Positions 1 to 9,331 of a stretch of 15,126 nt of DNA are shown here, piece after piece. Positions within the stretch are counted from its first letter, which is position 1, and each line of letters opens with the position of its first letter. Source of the stretch: Ignisphaera sp. (GTDB taxonomy: Archaea > Thermoproteota > Thermoprotei_A > Sulfolobales > Ignisphaeraceae); assembly GCA_038821645.1 (NCBI GenBank), contig JAWBDT010000025.1, positions 1-15,126 on the forward strand, in the 5' to 3' direction. The notes beneath the pieces were generated by a model. The model saw only the letters and a program-made list of their open reading frames with translations, ran no database searches and had not been told where the DNA came from. Position numbers and translations under genes: made by a program.

Positions 1-237
1 TATTTTTTCAATTGCTAGGGGAATGTCTGTGACATCTATATCTACTCTCTCAACATTTACGTTAATCATGTTAGCGAATTGTTTAAGCATTGTATAGGCT
101 GTTTCAGCTCTTTGATCTACTTCACCTCTGATGTTGCCTACGAGAGCCACGATTTTTACTGGTTTTACGCTACTCTTTGTTAGTACAAGTAGTGTGTGAG
201 ATATATCGAAACCTAGTGTTGTTACTAGTGTGTACAT
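1..237 (-). CDS. csa3: Csa3-family CARF-domain transcriptional regulator, 5' part (runs off the window edge)
   Basis: Not in ORF track; translated by hand. ATG at 237 with GGTGAG RBS just upstream gives MYTLVTTLGFDISHTLLVLTKSSVKPVKIVALVGNIRGEVDQRAETAYTMLKQFANMINVNVERVDIDVTDIPLAIEKI, open to position 1. TLGFD is the typical Csa3 CARF N-terminal motif; the gene is divergent from the Cascade operon. Confidence 0.85.
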   Translation of the reverse strand, partial: MYTLVTTLGFDISHTLLVLTKSSVKPVKIVALVGNIRGEVDQRAETAYTMLKQFANMINVNVERVDIDVTDIPLAIEKI

Positions 238-280
238 AGATTTCTCACCGGGATACACACATAGACTCTGAAGAGGTAAT

Positions 281-356
281 CGCTTTAAAAATTGTTTTGA
301 ATGCTTAAGAATTTTTGGTACACTAATGGATTTGGATAATAGAAAAATATATATGC
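281..356. promoter_or_regulatory. Divergent promoter region csa3 / csa5-cas7 operon
   Basis: + strand GAAAAATATATAT (~342-354; BRE/TATA-like) about 25 nt before the csa5 GTG at 379. - strand TTTTTAAA box at ~284-291. Imperfect palindrome at 287-316. Confidence 0.55.
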
Positions 357-372
357 GAGAGAATATATTTAG

Positions 373-672
373 TTGTTGGTGATAAACCTGTCTGTTGTTC
401 AAAGATATCCTGGAATAGTTGAATTATTCAAGAAGTTAGCTGAGAACAAAAGGTATGGCCCTATAGATAGACTTGCTAGAGCCTTGAGTTCTGAAATGGT
501 TAGAGTAGCTCTATACGAAGCTCTTAGGATCGGTGTCACCGAGGGATGGAGTATACCGTCTGATGCCGAAGTTGATGGATTTCTAGCAGAAGTAGAGAAG
601 AACCTAGGAATAGCTCAGAAGATTGCGGTTATAGCACTTACATCAGCACCAAAGCAAGTGTCTATGGGGTGA
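373..672 (+). CDS. csa5: Type I-A Cascade small subunit Csa5 (Cas11); true start probably GTG 379 or TTG 376
   Basis: ~97-99 aa helical protein immediately upstream of cas7; YGPIDRLARALSSEMVRVALYEALR matches the Csa5 pattern. Confidence 0.85.
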   Translation: MLVINLSVVQRYPGIVELFKKLAENKRYGPIDRLARALSSEMVRVALYEALRIGVTEGWSIPSDAEVDGFLAEVEKNLGIAQKIAVIALTSAPKQVSMG

Positions 673-676
673 GTCT

Positions 677-1651
677 ATGTTCCTCTCCATGAGCTTTAGG
701 CTAAAGGTTGAAGTAGAAGCCCTTAATATGGTTGAAGCAATGGGTGCATACAGTAGACATAGAACAGTATCTCTACTTAAGCCCAGGGGTGAGGGAAAGG
801 GATATAGACTCGTTATAGCTCCCGCAGTCTCCGGGCAAGCAGTAGCCTACGGCTACATGAAGAGCTTAGTAGAGTTAGCAACAAGAAAGAATCTACCTCT
901 ATGCGATCAATGTAGAAACTATGAGAGTATAGGGGGATTCATAAAGCATGGCACAGACAGTACAGGTAATCAAGGGCAGATTATTAGGATGTGTGTAGTT
1001 GATGATATAACAGGCTTTATGATTGCCAAAGCAAATGTTAGAAGAACATCACCAATACAGTTCAGCTACATGGTTCCAGATATAGATAGCTCTGATGTAT
1101 CAATAGAACCTCAATTCCATGTAAGAGCGCCAATGCCTGGACAAAAACCTCAGCCTTTCCAAGTAGAAGCTGGGACAGCTATATACGTGCTAGGTGTTGC
1201 ACTAGATATAGACAAGATAGGTGTAGTAGCTGGAGATGGAGGTGTACCGGAGAAAGTTGTAGGCAGTAGGGTAGATAGAATTAGGATAGCTATCCAAGCA
1301 CTAGCAAATCTAATCGAGGGACTGAGTTTCGGAGCTAAGAAAGCTAGATATCTACCGATATACGATGTTGTAGGAGCTATAGCAGCTCTATCACATCCAG
1401 TACCATTCATGGTGTCTCCAGCTAGAGTAGGTAGAGATGGTAGCAACTATATATCGAAGACATTATCTAGAGCTTCAAACTATGTAGATCTATTCAAGGA
1501 TGTAAATGAAGAGATAGAAATTGTGTATATGGATAATGAAGGTCTTAGTATAGAAACAAACATCAAAAATGTAAATATTGAAAAGGCCAACAATGTCTCA
1601 GATCTTATAGCAAAGATACTGAAAAAAGTTGAGGAAAAGGTTAGGGATTAG
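677..1651 (+). CDS. cas7: Type I-A Cas7 (Csa2)
   Basis: EALNMVE, PAVSGQ, DDITGFM, VRRTS, QFHVR, FGAKKARYLP motifs; 324 aa. Confidence 0.95.
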   Translation: MFLSMSFRLKVEVEALNMVEAMGAYSRHRTVSLLKPRGEGKGYRLVIAPAVSGQAVAYGYMKSLVELATRKNLPLCDQCRNYESIGGFIKHGTDSTGNQGQIIRMCVVDDITGFMIAKANVRRTSPIQFSYMVPDIDSSDVSIEPQFHVRAPMPGQKPQPFQVEAGTAIYVLGVALDIDKIGVVAGDGGVPEKVVGSRVDRIRIAIQALANLIEGLSFGAKKARYLPIYDVVGAIAALSHPVPFMVSPARVGRDGSNYISKTLSRASNYVDLFKDVNEEIEIVYMDNEGLSIETNIKNVNIEKANNVSDLIAKILKKVEEKVRD

Positions 1652-1653
1652 AT

Positions 1654-2436
1654 GTGGCTAGAAAGCTCTATGCTGTACTAGCAGAAGTATCGACATATGG
1701 CACTCTAGCTATCTATACCCCCTATGCATCTATATCTGCTGACACATATCTTCTACCACCACCAACAACAATAGTTGGAGCACTAGCATACTCTTACTAC
1801 AGATCATTGAATGACTTGAGAGAGTTAACAGAAAATGGATCTTCACCAGCTGTAGAACTGATTGACAAGAAAAAAGTTCTCTATGCAGCTGCAGGAATAG
1901 TGAAGCCTATTGGGCTCTCGAAATCTATAGAGAGGTTATACCAACATATATATCTAAAGAAGCCGCACTGGAAAAGACAGGAAATGGCTTATACGATAGG
2001 TGTTCGCCCTATATCTGTAGTTGATAGACTACAGATATTCTTTATTTTAAGTGATGAAGAATTGGTGAAGTATTGCTACGGAATAACGAGACTTGGTAGA
2101 AAAGAGTCTCTAGTTGCTGTAGATAATGTAGTTTCGATACCTTTAGAAAATGCTTTAACAGATTCAAAATACTGTGAAACAAGTTTCTATTTTCCATTAA
2201 GTATAGCTAAAGATTATTCACCAAGAGGGATGTGGATAGAGATCAATATGCCTATACTTGATAAACAAAACTATGCCAAGAAGACAACTGTTCTAGAGCG
2301 ATACGTAGTACCTAAACCTTTTACCGATGCAAAAGCCACAGTAGAGCTGAATGAAGAGGGTGTAGTGCTCAAGATGAATATAGGAGATAGAGAAATAGTT
2401 GAAGTTCCTGTACCAAAACAGGCTATAGAAATATAG
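1654..2436 (+). CDS. cas5: Type I-A Cas5
   Basis: TYLLPPPTTIVGALAY and ITRLGRKESLV motifs; directly follows cas7. Confidence 0.93.
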   Translation: MARKLYAVLAEVSTYGTLAIYTPYASISADTYLLPPPTTIVGALAYSYYRSLNDLRELTENGSSPAVELIDKKKVLYAAAGIVKPIGLSKSIERLYQHIYLKKPHWKRQEMAYTIGVRPISVVDRLQIFFILSDEELVKYCYGITRLGRKESLVAVDNVVSIPLENALTDSKYCETSFYFPLSIAKDYSPRGMWIEINMPILDKQNYAKKTTVLERYVVPKPFTDAKATVELNEEGVVLKMNIGDREIVEVPVPKQAIEI

Positions 2437-2450
2437 AGAAGGTGTAGAGA

Positions 2451-3527
2451 ATGTCTAGACATGCGAAGTCATCTACACTTCAACCAAAGATAACAGTACT
2501 GGATCTTATAAAATATAGGAACTATGCATTTGCTTGGTTCTCTGAGATAGCTATAAAGCTATGTACTGGTAGAGATCTCGAGGAACTAAATCAGAACAAC
2601 ATAAGTAGCATTCTATCTGATGTAGCTAAATGCTCTAACGATCTAATAAACAAGATGCATAAAGCTAATAAAGATCCCTGTACTTCTAGTCCTATACCTC
2701 TAACCGGAAACGATCCTAAGGAGAAGATGAATCTCTGTTACGCAAACACAGTCCTCAATAACTTGCTATCCATGTCTAAAATAGAATCTCTACCACTTCC
2801 TCCAGCACTTTCTCTAGAATTTGCAGAGTTCACAAGATCATTCATGGGTATTGGTAGAGAGAAGAGAAACGTATTTGTGATAGCTGAAGATGTTCTTGCG
2901 CTATCGATTATAGGGGCAAGACTAACTCAATCATATGTAGCTAACCGTGAATATGGCTACGTATACGTAGAAGTTGTACCGTACATTCTTTCCCTAGATA
3001 AGCTTAGAGACCTAAACTCTTTAGCCAAGAGAATTACAGAGAAAGTTCAGAAGAATGAGGGTAGCATAAACGTTGTCTTCATTGGTATAGCGACAGCGAT
3101 TAGTATCGTAGCCAAAGAGTTTCTAAGAGATATCCTGAAACGCGATGGACATACAATAGCAAACTACTTAAGGATAACTAGAACTGGGAACAAGATCATG
3201 GTTAAGGGCTTTGATTCTATAGATCTTGTACATCTAGCCAAGATAGTTAAGGCTGGTGGCATCGCTGGTGCACTATACAGTATACTGAACAGATATCCAT
3301 CCAAGGAGTATAACTCGTTGAGGAGATTCATAGAGTTAGTTGCAACAAACTTGATAAAGTATCAGAGCTTTAGAAAGCCTCAATACATATATGAGATCCT
3401 TAGGTACCTAACATCACCTGAGCTAAATACTGAAGGAGTTGAATGGTACACAAAGAAGAATACTAGAGGGCTTGACTGGAGTGAGATTGTAGAGAGATTC
3501 ACAAGACTTTCTAGACTCATAAACTAG
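2451..3527 (+). CDS. cas8a: Type I-A large subunit, Cas8a-like (Csa4/CsaX size class)
   Basis: Position between cas5 and cas3'; 358 aa; PLPPALSLEFAEFTRSF segment. The family assignment rests mostly on context. Confidence 0.7.
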   Translation: MSRHAKSSTLQPKITVLDLIKYRNYAFAWFSEIAIKLCTGRDLEELNQNNISSILSDVAKCSNDLINKMHKANKDPCTSSPIPLTGNDPKEKMNLCYANTVLNNLLSMSKIESLPLPPALSLEFAEFTRSFMGIGREKRNVFVIAEDVLALSIIGARLTQSYVANREYGYVYVEVVPYILSLDKLRDLNSLAKRITEKVQKNEGSINVVFIGIATAISIVAKEFLRDILKRDGHTIANYLRITRTGNKIMVKGFDSIDLVHLAKIVKAGGIAGALYSILNRYPSKEYNSLRRFIELVATNLIKYQSFRKPQYIYEILRYLTSPELNTEGVEWYTKKNTRGLDWSEIVERFTRLSRLIN

Positions 3528-3555
3528 TCAGCTGATTCTCCGAGGAAGCTAAAGC

Positions 3556-5325
3556 ATGTCTCATTTGTGCAGCAAATTTTCAAGTGGTAGAGCACTTATA
3601 GATACTCTCTCAAACTATATATACAGTCTCAATAAATTTGATCGAGTTATAGTCGTAGAAGCTCCTACAGGTTATGGCAAATCTGTTGGAGCACCTATTG
3701 TAGGTGCATTAAACTATACAAAAAATTTTTCTTATAACTTCATCCATGTGTTACCTCTAAGAGCTATAGTTGAGGATCTCTACTTATGTAAGTATTTAGC
3801 AGCTGTAACCAGCTGTAAATCAACTAAATGTAGAGCATTACCGCCAAATGTGTTTATCGAGGCTCTGAAGACAATGGAGATAGGTGAAGGTGATATAGCT
3901 TACCAGATGGGTCTAGACCATATGATTAGAGGTGTAGGAGTGAAGGAGCCTACCTACGACGCTAAAGTGATGGTATCTACACTAGATTCCTTTGCCTACA
4001 CCTTCTTCAGAATACCAGTAACAGAAATGTTTAGAGAAGTAAAACATTATGCTATTCCTAGGGCCCGGATATTTACATCAACTGTATTTCTTGATGAAGT
4101 TCATATGCTTAAGAGATTCGATGACGAGTCGTCTGAGAGAGCTTTAGCTTTCTTAAAGATACTTCTTGAGTTCTCTATAAAGACATCGACACCTGTTGTA
4201 TTAGCAACAGCAACTCTATGGAGTAGATTTAGAGAAATTCTAGCAAATTGGTGTGAAGGTAAAATAATGTTCTTCACTCTATCGAATAGAGATGAGAAAA
4301 GCGGTTCAACTGTTTATGTAAGAGACCGGGAATTCGAAGATGCTGCAAAATCGATAAAGTGGGTCACGAGTATCGTAGAAGAGAAAGATCTTGTGGCAAA
4401 AATCAATGAACATAGTAAATGTGATGAGAGGGTTCTTGTGGTAAGAGACACTATACGTCTTGCTGTAGACACATACAATAAAATTGATGTTGATTCTAAT
4501 GAGAAGGTTCTTATCCATAGCAGGCTATGTCTAAAGGATAGAGAAGATGCTGTAAATAGGGCTAGGACTGCAAAAGTTGTTGTAGCAACACCTATTATTG
4601 AAGCAGGTGTTGATTGGGATTTTGATGTAGGTTTTAGAGATGCTACAAACACACCTTCAGCAATACAAGTCTTTGGCAGGATTTGTAGAAGTAGAAGAGA
4701 TTGTGAAGCTTCTGTCTATCTAGTCAAGGTAAAGAACAGCCTAAGAGAGCTGATTGAGTACATAAACATGAATAGATACATCGACTGGAGAATACCGTAC
4801 AGCTATACTAGAAACGGAGTAGAGTTCAAAGGCTATAGCGAAGTATTAGAGAAATCAGCTACCATAACCATAGGTGTAGACAAAAATGCGGAAGAAATCT
4901 TCAGAGCATTAACAGCACCAATCTTCCTTCCATCAAAATACATAGAATCTGTACTAGAGATTACGAACTACAGCATACTTAAAGAACCTCTAACACAATT
5001 TTATGTATATGGATACAACAAACTTGAAAACTCGAGGAATTCAGATGAAATTATATCTGGAACCTTCACATATTCCTTAGAATTAGTGCGAAAACAATTG
5101 CGATGCATTGACTATTTCGTATGTGTTGTTGATAGAGAAGGTGAGCTGATTACGAGCTTCAGAAAAAATGTTTTACACACTACCATCAATTCTGTAGAGT
5201 ATGCAAAACTGTACAAGGAATGTATTAAGTCTTCCTCGGAAAGTAGAGGTAGACCTATTTTCATAGGATTTGTTTTAAAGGAGAACTGCTACAGAAATGG
5301 GCTTGGTTTCGTAGGTGATGAGTAG
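3556..5325 (+). CDS. cas3: Cas3' SF2 helicase
   Basis: Walker A APTGYGKS, LPLRAIVE, DEVH, ATAT, LIHSR, VATPIIEAGVD, QVFGRICR. Confidence 0.95.
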   Translation: MSHLCSKFSSGRALIDTLSNYIYSLNKFDRVIVVEAPTGYGKSVGAPIVGALNYTKNFSYNFIHVLPLRAIVEDLYLCKYLAAVTSCKSTKCRALPPNVFIEALKTMEIGEGDIAYQMGLDHMIRGVGVKEPTYDAKVMVSTLDSFAYTFFRIPVTEMFREVKHYAIPRARIFTSTVFLDEVHMLKRFDDESSERALAFLKILLEFSIKTSTPVVLATATLWSRFREILANWCEGKIMFFTLSNRDEKSGSTVYVRDREFEDAAKSIKWVTSIVEEKDLVAKINEHSKCDERVLVVRDTIRLAVDTYNKIDVDSNEKVLIHSRLCLKDREDAVNRARTAKVVVATPIIEAGVDWDFDVGFRDATNTPSAIQVFGRICRSRRDCEASVYLVKVKNSLRELIEYINMNRYIDWRIPYSYTRNGVEFKGYSEVLEKSATITIGVDKNAEEIFRALTAPIFLPSKYIESVLEITNYSILKEPLTQFYVYGYNKLENSRNSDEIISGTFTYSLELVRKQLRCIDYFVCVVDREGELITSFRKNVLHTTINSVEYAKLYKECIKSSSESRGRPIFIGFVLKENCYRNGLGFVGDE

Positions 5326-6107
5326 TGTGTTACGCTTATAGAGATAGAGGATCAGAAGAGTTTTTACTAAACCACTTAGTGGGTGTAGAGAAGTGTTGTG
5401 AGGAGAGGTGGGAGCTTAACGCATTATCATGTAAGATCTCCAGAGTGCTAGGGATACCTATAGATGATGTGAAAAACGCTATACTCTTGAGCTCGTTGCT
5501 ACACGATCTAGGTAAAGTTGCGCAAAAGTTTCAAAAAGAATGTGATCAAGGGATATGTAGAGAGTTTCCGGGACACTACATGATATCGGCGTTCTTGGTA
5601 CACCTAGGGCTAAGTGCTATGGAAATTGTAGTAGAAAGGGAAGATGTTAGCAATTTTATGGAGGATAGATTTGATAAGATTGATAAAAATAAGGTTACAG
5701 GTATTCTAATTCTATTCCCTATAGCGTTTCACCACTATCACCAAGTTAGAGGCTATAGAAGTTACTCTTTTAGCGAGTATTTGAAGGAGTTTGTTGAAAA
5801 GCCTAGAATTTGGGATAGATGTATTGAATGTCTAAAATCAATACATGAATATATAGACAATAACAACATACTTAATATAGCTAAAAAGTTGCTCGATTTT
5901 TTGTTGAATCTAGATAAGCTAAGGAACAGCGATGTGTATAGGAATAGTAAATTATTTATCGAGAATTTCTATAACAATGTAGTGGATGAATATGTGAAAT
6001 TGCAATCAATAACATTATCGAGTGTTGTTATAGAATCGATTACAGGTTTGATTAATTTATGTGATGGTTATGTAGCTCATAGAGCACGAGGTGTTGGTAG
6101 GAAATGA
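5325..6107 (+). CDS. cas3'': Cas3'' HD nuclease (stand-alone)
   Basis: LLNHL, LLHDLGK, GH, AFHH, LCDGYVA motifs; split Cas3 is diagnostic of type I-A; start overlaps the cas3' stop. Confidence 0.93.
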   Translation: MCYAYRDRGSEEFLLNHLVGVEKCCEERWELNALSCKISRVLGIPIDDVKNAILLSSLLHDLGKVAQKFQKECDQGICREFPGHYMISAFLVHLGLSAMEIVVEREDVSNFMEDRFDKIDKNKVTGILILFPIAFHHYHQVRGYRSYSFSEYLKEFVEKPRIWDRCIECLKSIHEYIDNNNILNIAKKLLDFLLNLDKLRNSDVYRNSKLFIENFYNNVVDEYVKLQSITLSSVVIESITGLINLCDGYVAHRARGVGRK

Positions 6108-6895
6108 TATCGGTGTTTAATATCAAGGCTACTGTTGTTAGGTCTGTTCCTCTTATTGGTTGGAGTGGTTCTTTTGTGGCTAAGGTTGTTAAGTCTTGTT
6201 TTCCTAGAGAGGTTCTTGATTGTGGTTTCTCTATTTCTCCTTTGCTTCAGAATGGTAGGATTGTTTTGAGTGGTGTTAATGGTTCTCATGTTGTTTTAGA
6301 TGATGGTTCTAGTTTTTGGTTTAGGTTTACTTCTTATTGTAGAGATGGGTCTGTTGTTGCTAGAGTTGTTGATGTTGTATCTAATGATGTTCTTGATGTT
6401 TTTAGGGCTTCTGAGGTTGAGTTTCGTGTATATGAGTCGTCTATTGATTTGCTTAATGACTGCGATTTTTGTGGTGAGGATAAGCTTGTTAAGTTTATTG
6501 ATTCTAGGGGTAGAGCTATGGTTGAGGTTTTCTTTGGTCCAACAATGCTTATGTTTAGGGGTTGGAGAGTGTTGTATCCTTCTCCTCAGAGGCTTGTATA
6601 TACCTTGGCTAAGTCTAGTGTTGATTTCTTGAGTGTTGATCCTAGGGTTGCTAGGAAAAGAGCTAGAACTCTATCTAGGAATATTGAGATAGTTGGTTAC
6701 GGAACCAAGGTTGTAGATATATATATAGGTAGGAATAGAAAGGTTAAGGCATTCATGGGGAAAACCGTCTTCGGGGTTCAGAGGCTGGAGAACCTTAGGG
6801 ATTTTGTTGAGCTACTTGAGGTCGGTAGACTGGTTGGTGTTGGTAGGTCTAGGGGTATAGGTTTTGGCTATATAAGCTATAGAGTATTGTCTTGA
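6104..6895 (+). CDS. cas6: Cas6 crRNA-processing endoribonuclease
   Basis: C-terminal G-rich loop GVGRSRGIGFG; LYPSP motif; ATGA overlap with cas3''. Confidence 0.92.
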   Translation: MISVFNIKATVVRSVPLIGWSGSFVAKVVKSCFPREVLDCGFSISPLLQNGRIVLSGVNGSHVVLDDGSSFWFRFTSYCRDGSVVARVVDVVSNDVLDVFRASEVEFRVYESSIDLLNDCDFCGEDKLVKFIDSRGRAMVEVFFGPTMLMFRGWRVLYPSPQRLVYTLAKSSVDFLSVDPRVARKRARTLSRNIEIVGYGTKVVDIYIGRNRKVKAFMGKTVFGVQRLENLRDFVELLEVGRLVGVGRSRGIGFGYISYRVLS

Positions 6896-6914
6896 ATTGG
6901 TGGATATAGTTTTG

Positions 6915-7520
6915 ATGAAGCTCTACATAGTTTCAAAACCTTTAAATAGTTCTATAGATGATATGCTTAAGGTAGTAGGTTTCGATAGAAAAACAGCTAT
7001 AGCTATTGTTGGCTCTAATCTAGCTGAAGAAGACTACTGTAGTAGGTATCTATGTCTAGATACATTAAATGGTTTCGAGGAATTAGCAAAAAACGTAGTC
7101 GAGATTATTAAGAGAAGAGGTATTCGTTATGTAAAGCTTGTGCTAGGAGATACAGATGGTCTTACTTCAACAGCTATCTATACTATGTACATGGTTTTTA
7201 ACACAATTGAGCTAGCTATAGATCTAGAGATTGATCCTCTAAACATAGTCTATGATGAAGAACTTATTAAGCTAGACTTCAAGCCTAGGCTTTGGCTAGA
7301 TCTTAGAGATCTAGAGATACTGACTAGACTAGATAGCTGTAGAGCTAGTAGAGATATAGCGGATATACTCAACATCCCTAGCTCTAGCTCAAGACGAAGA
7401 CTATTCAACATGATGAGGAAAGGATTAATAGATATAATGTATAGAGGTAGGAAAAAGATATATTGTCCAACAACTCTAGCCAAGATCTTTTCCTACACAT
7501 TGATGCAGATGTTTCTATAG
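6915..7520 (+). CDS. Divergent Csa3-like regulator (degenerate CARF-like N-domain + C-terminal winged HTH)
   Basis: C-terminal LEILTRL..ASRDIADILNIPSSSSRRRLFNMMRKGLI..GRKKIY is a wHTH; ~200 aa; cas context. ATG 6915 follows a GGTGG RBS (ORF track start 6897). Confidence 0.7.
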   Translation: MKLYIVSKPLNSSIDDMLKVVGFDRKTAIAIVGSNLAEEDYCSRYLCLDTLNGFEELAKNVVEIIKRRGIRYVKLVLGDTDGLTSTAIYTMYMVFNTIELAIDLEIDPLNIVYDEELIKLDFKPRLWLDLRDLEILTRLDSCRASRDIADILNIPSSSSRRRLFNMMRKGLIDIMYRGRKKIYCPTTLAKIFSYTLMQMFL

Positions 7521-8065
7521 AAACAAATACTGCATCTAGTCTTAGATGGAGTTGATCTAGGAAGCTTCTCTTCAGCAATCATCTTGTGGATCTCTTTTAC
7601 AGATCTATAGACTATTTCCCTAATATTGGGCGATATAGCTATCTCGAATACAGATCTAGGTTCGAGGGAGAGAATAATTGCTCTATAGACAGGTTTATTG
7701 ATTGTTTCTTCAACAGCTATAGCATAGCTTACTAACTGTACTACATGGTGTAGAGCATATCTTTTAATAGCTTTAGGAGAGCTTCTGAGCTTAATCTCTA
7801 TAGGTATAGCTTCTTTATCGCATATAGCGAGAGCATCTACATAGCCATGTATACCTAGTCTACTGGAGTAGACATATCTATCAACCTCTATACAGCATCT
7901 ATCGCTAAGCTTATGCTTAATAGCTTCATATATGTTTTGAAGTGAAGGTCTAGATTCTCTAGCATACATCATGGACTCTGTAGGAGGTTCAAGTATAGTG
8001 AATATCTTGAAGTAGGCTATCCTCGGACAGTAGGTGTATTCCTTGATTATTGTTATAGGTATCAT
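7493..8065 (-). CDS. cas4: Cas4 RecB-like nuclease with Fe-S cysteines
   Basis: YTYCPR, GYVDAL, IEIKL, QLVSYA, CSICFYRNIC. Confidence 0.95.
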   Translation of the reverse strand: MIPITIIKEYTYCPRIAYFKIFTILEPPTESMMYARESRPSLQNIYEAIKHKLSDRCCIEVDRYVYSSRLGIHGYVDALAICDKEAIPIEIKLRSSPKAIKRYALHHVVQLVSYAIAVEETINKPVYRAIILSLEPRSVFEIAISPNIREIVYRSVKEIHKMIAEEKLPRSTPSKTRCSICFYRNICINV

Positions 8066-8343
8066 AGAACTTCTAATGATTTCTCACCCACCTTAGCCTG
8101 AGAATTAAAGAACATAGCTTTATCCATGTACTCCTTAGGCACAACTATAACACCTATAGAATCTGTAGATCTATCTATAACTCTTAGAAGAGCTCTAAAA
8201 GCTTCTTTAGCTAGACTAGTGTTTCCTTTAGCTATATATACACTTCTCTGAACCCTTTGGAAACCAAGTCCCTGAAGCTTTTCAGCAGCTATAAGTCTTC
8301 TACTATTGTCAGATATATCATAGAAAGCAACTATATAGCTCAA
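8062..8343 (-). CDS. cas2: Cas2
   Basis: FYDISDNSRR and FQRVQRSVY motifs; 93 aa; between cas1 and cas4. Confidence 0.95.
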   Translation of the reverse strand: MSYIVAFYDISDNSRRLIAAEKLQGLGFQRVQRSVYIAKGNTSLAKEAFRALLRVIDRSTDSIGVIVVPKEYMDKAMFFNSQAKVGEKSLEVL

Positions 8344-8344
8344 A

Positions 8345-9331
8345 CTATATCACCAGTCTAGCTCCTCTATACTCTAGACCTTCTCTAATGCAGTAAGCTA
8401 GATCCCATGCATCTCTCTTTATAATTTCAGAAAGCTCTTCTCTTTTACTAGTTTTAATGTATAGATATCTCTGTCTAAGGTTTTCGAGAACAATAGATGC
8501 TACAGATTTTCTAGAATCTGTGTCTAGTCTATCTTGTTGAATAGCTAGCTTAATCTTCTTAACGTTTATCACAAGAGGTTTATCTACCGCAATAGCTCTA
8601 AACATCTCGACAAAGTCTAGCGTTAGAGAAGGCTTTCCACTTTTAGGGGTATGGAGAACACCTAGATATGGATCTAGACCAGCAAAAAGAAGAGATCTTT
8701 CACATACGCTATAGAGAATCCCGTAGCCATAGTTTAAAGCCATATTGAATAGATCTCTAGACTCGTGGTCTCTACCCCTAAACCCTAGGCTATCTGGGAG
8801 TAGAGAGGCTATGGTTTGCCAATAGGCTTTAGCTGCTCTAGACTCAAACGACATGAGGATATCTCTATCAAGAATCTTTGGATCTAATGCTCTAAGCTCT
8901 GTAGCTATAGAGTCTATCTGGTAAGCAACTTCTCTTAAGCTTGGCTCTCTATAGTTTTTCGCTAGATACCTTACGAGCTCTACTTGGTTAACTATCTTGG
9001 TATAGACAATCTCTTTAGCCAGCTTCCTACCGTAGTCTCCTTGAAACAACATGTACTGGGAAACTCTTACAGCAACAGTTTTGTTTATATATGGTGGATA
9101 TAGGCGTGCTATAGGCATCCCGTTAAAATCTAGGAAAACAAAGTCAATACCTCTTCTAGCAGCAACTCTAATAGCTTTAGAGGATATACTAACCCTTGAA
9201 GAAGCTACAACTACACAATCTATATCTGGAGGTATAAGGATTTTCTCCTTAGAATCTCCTTTAACAACATATATACCTCCTCTCCTACACACCACTCTAG
9301 AGCCAGGAGAAACTATGGTGAAAATCTTCAT
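8345..9331 (-). CDS. cas1: Cas1 integrase (start reassigned to ATG 9331, 328 aa)
   Basis: FESRAAKAYW, NMALNYGYGIL, GLDPYLGVLH, LDFVEMFR. ATG 9331 overlaps the TGA of the csa1 C-terminal fragment (ATGA). Confidence 0.95.
   Translation of the reverse strand: MKIFTIVSPGSRVVCRRGGIYVVKGDSKEKILIPPDIDCVVVASSRVSISSKAIRVAARRGIDFVFLDFNGMPIARLYPPYINKTVAVRVSQYMLFQGDYGRKLAKEIVYTKIVNQVELVRYLAKNYREPSLREVAYQIDSIATELRALDPKILDRDILMSFESRAAKAYWQTIASLLPDSLGFRGRDHESRDLFNMALNYGYGILYSVCERSLLFAGLDPYLGVLHTPKSGKPSLTLDFVEMFRAIAVDKPLVINVKKIKLAIQQDRLDTDSRKSVASIVLENLRQRYLYIKTSKREELSEIIKRDAWDLAYCIREGLEYRGARLVI

Noticed and set aside
6077-6632. ORFs 6077-6289 (-) and 6300-6632 (+, looks like a membrane protein)
   Set aside because: Overlap cas6 and are explained by its T-ending codon bias.
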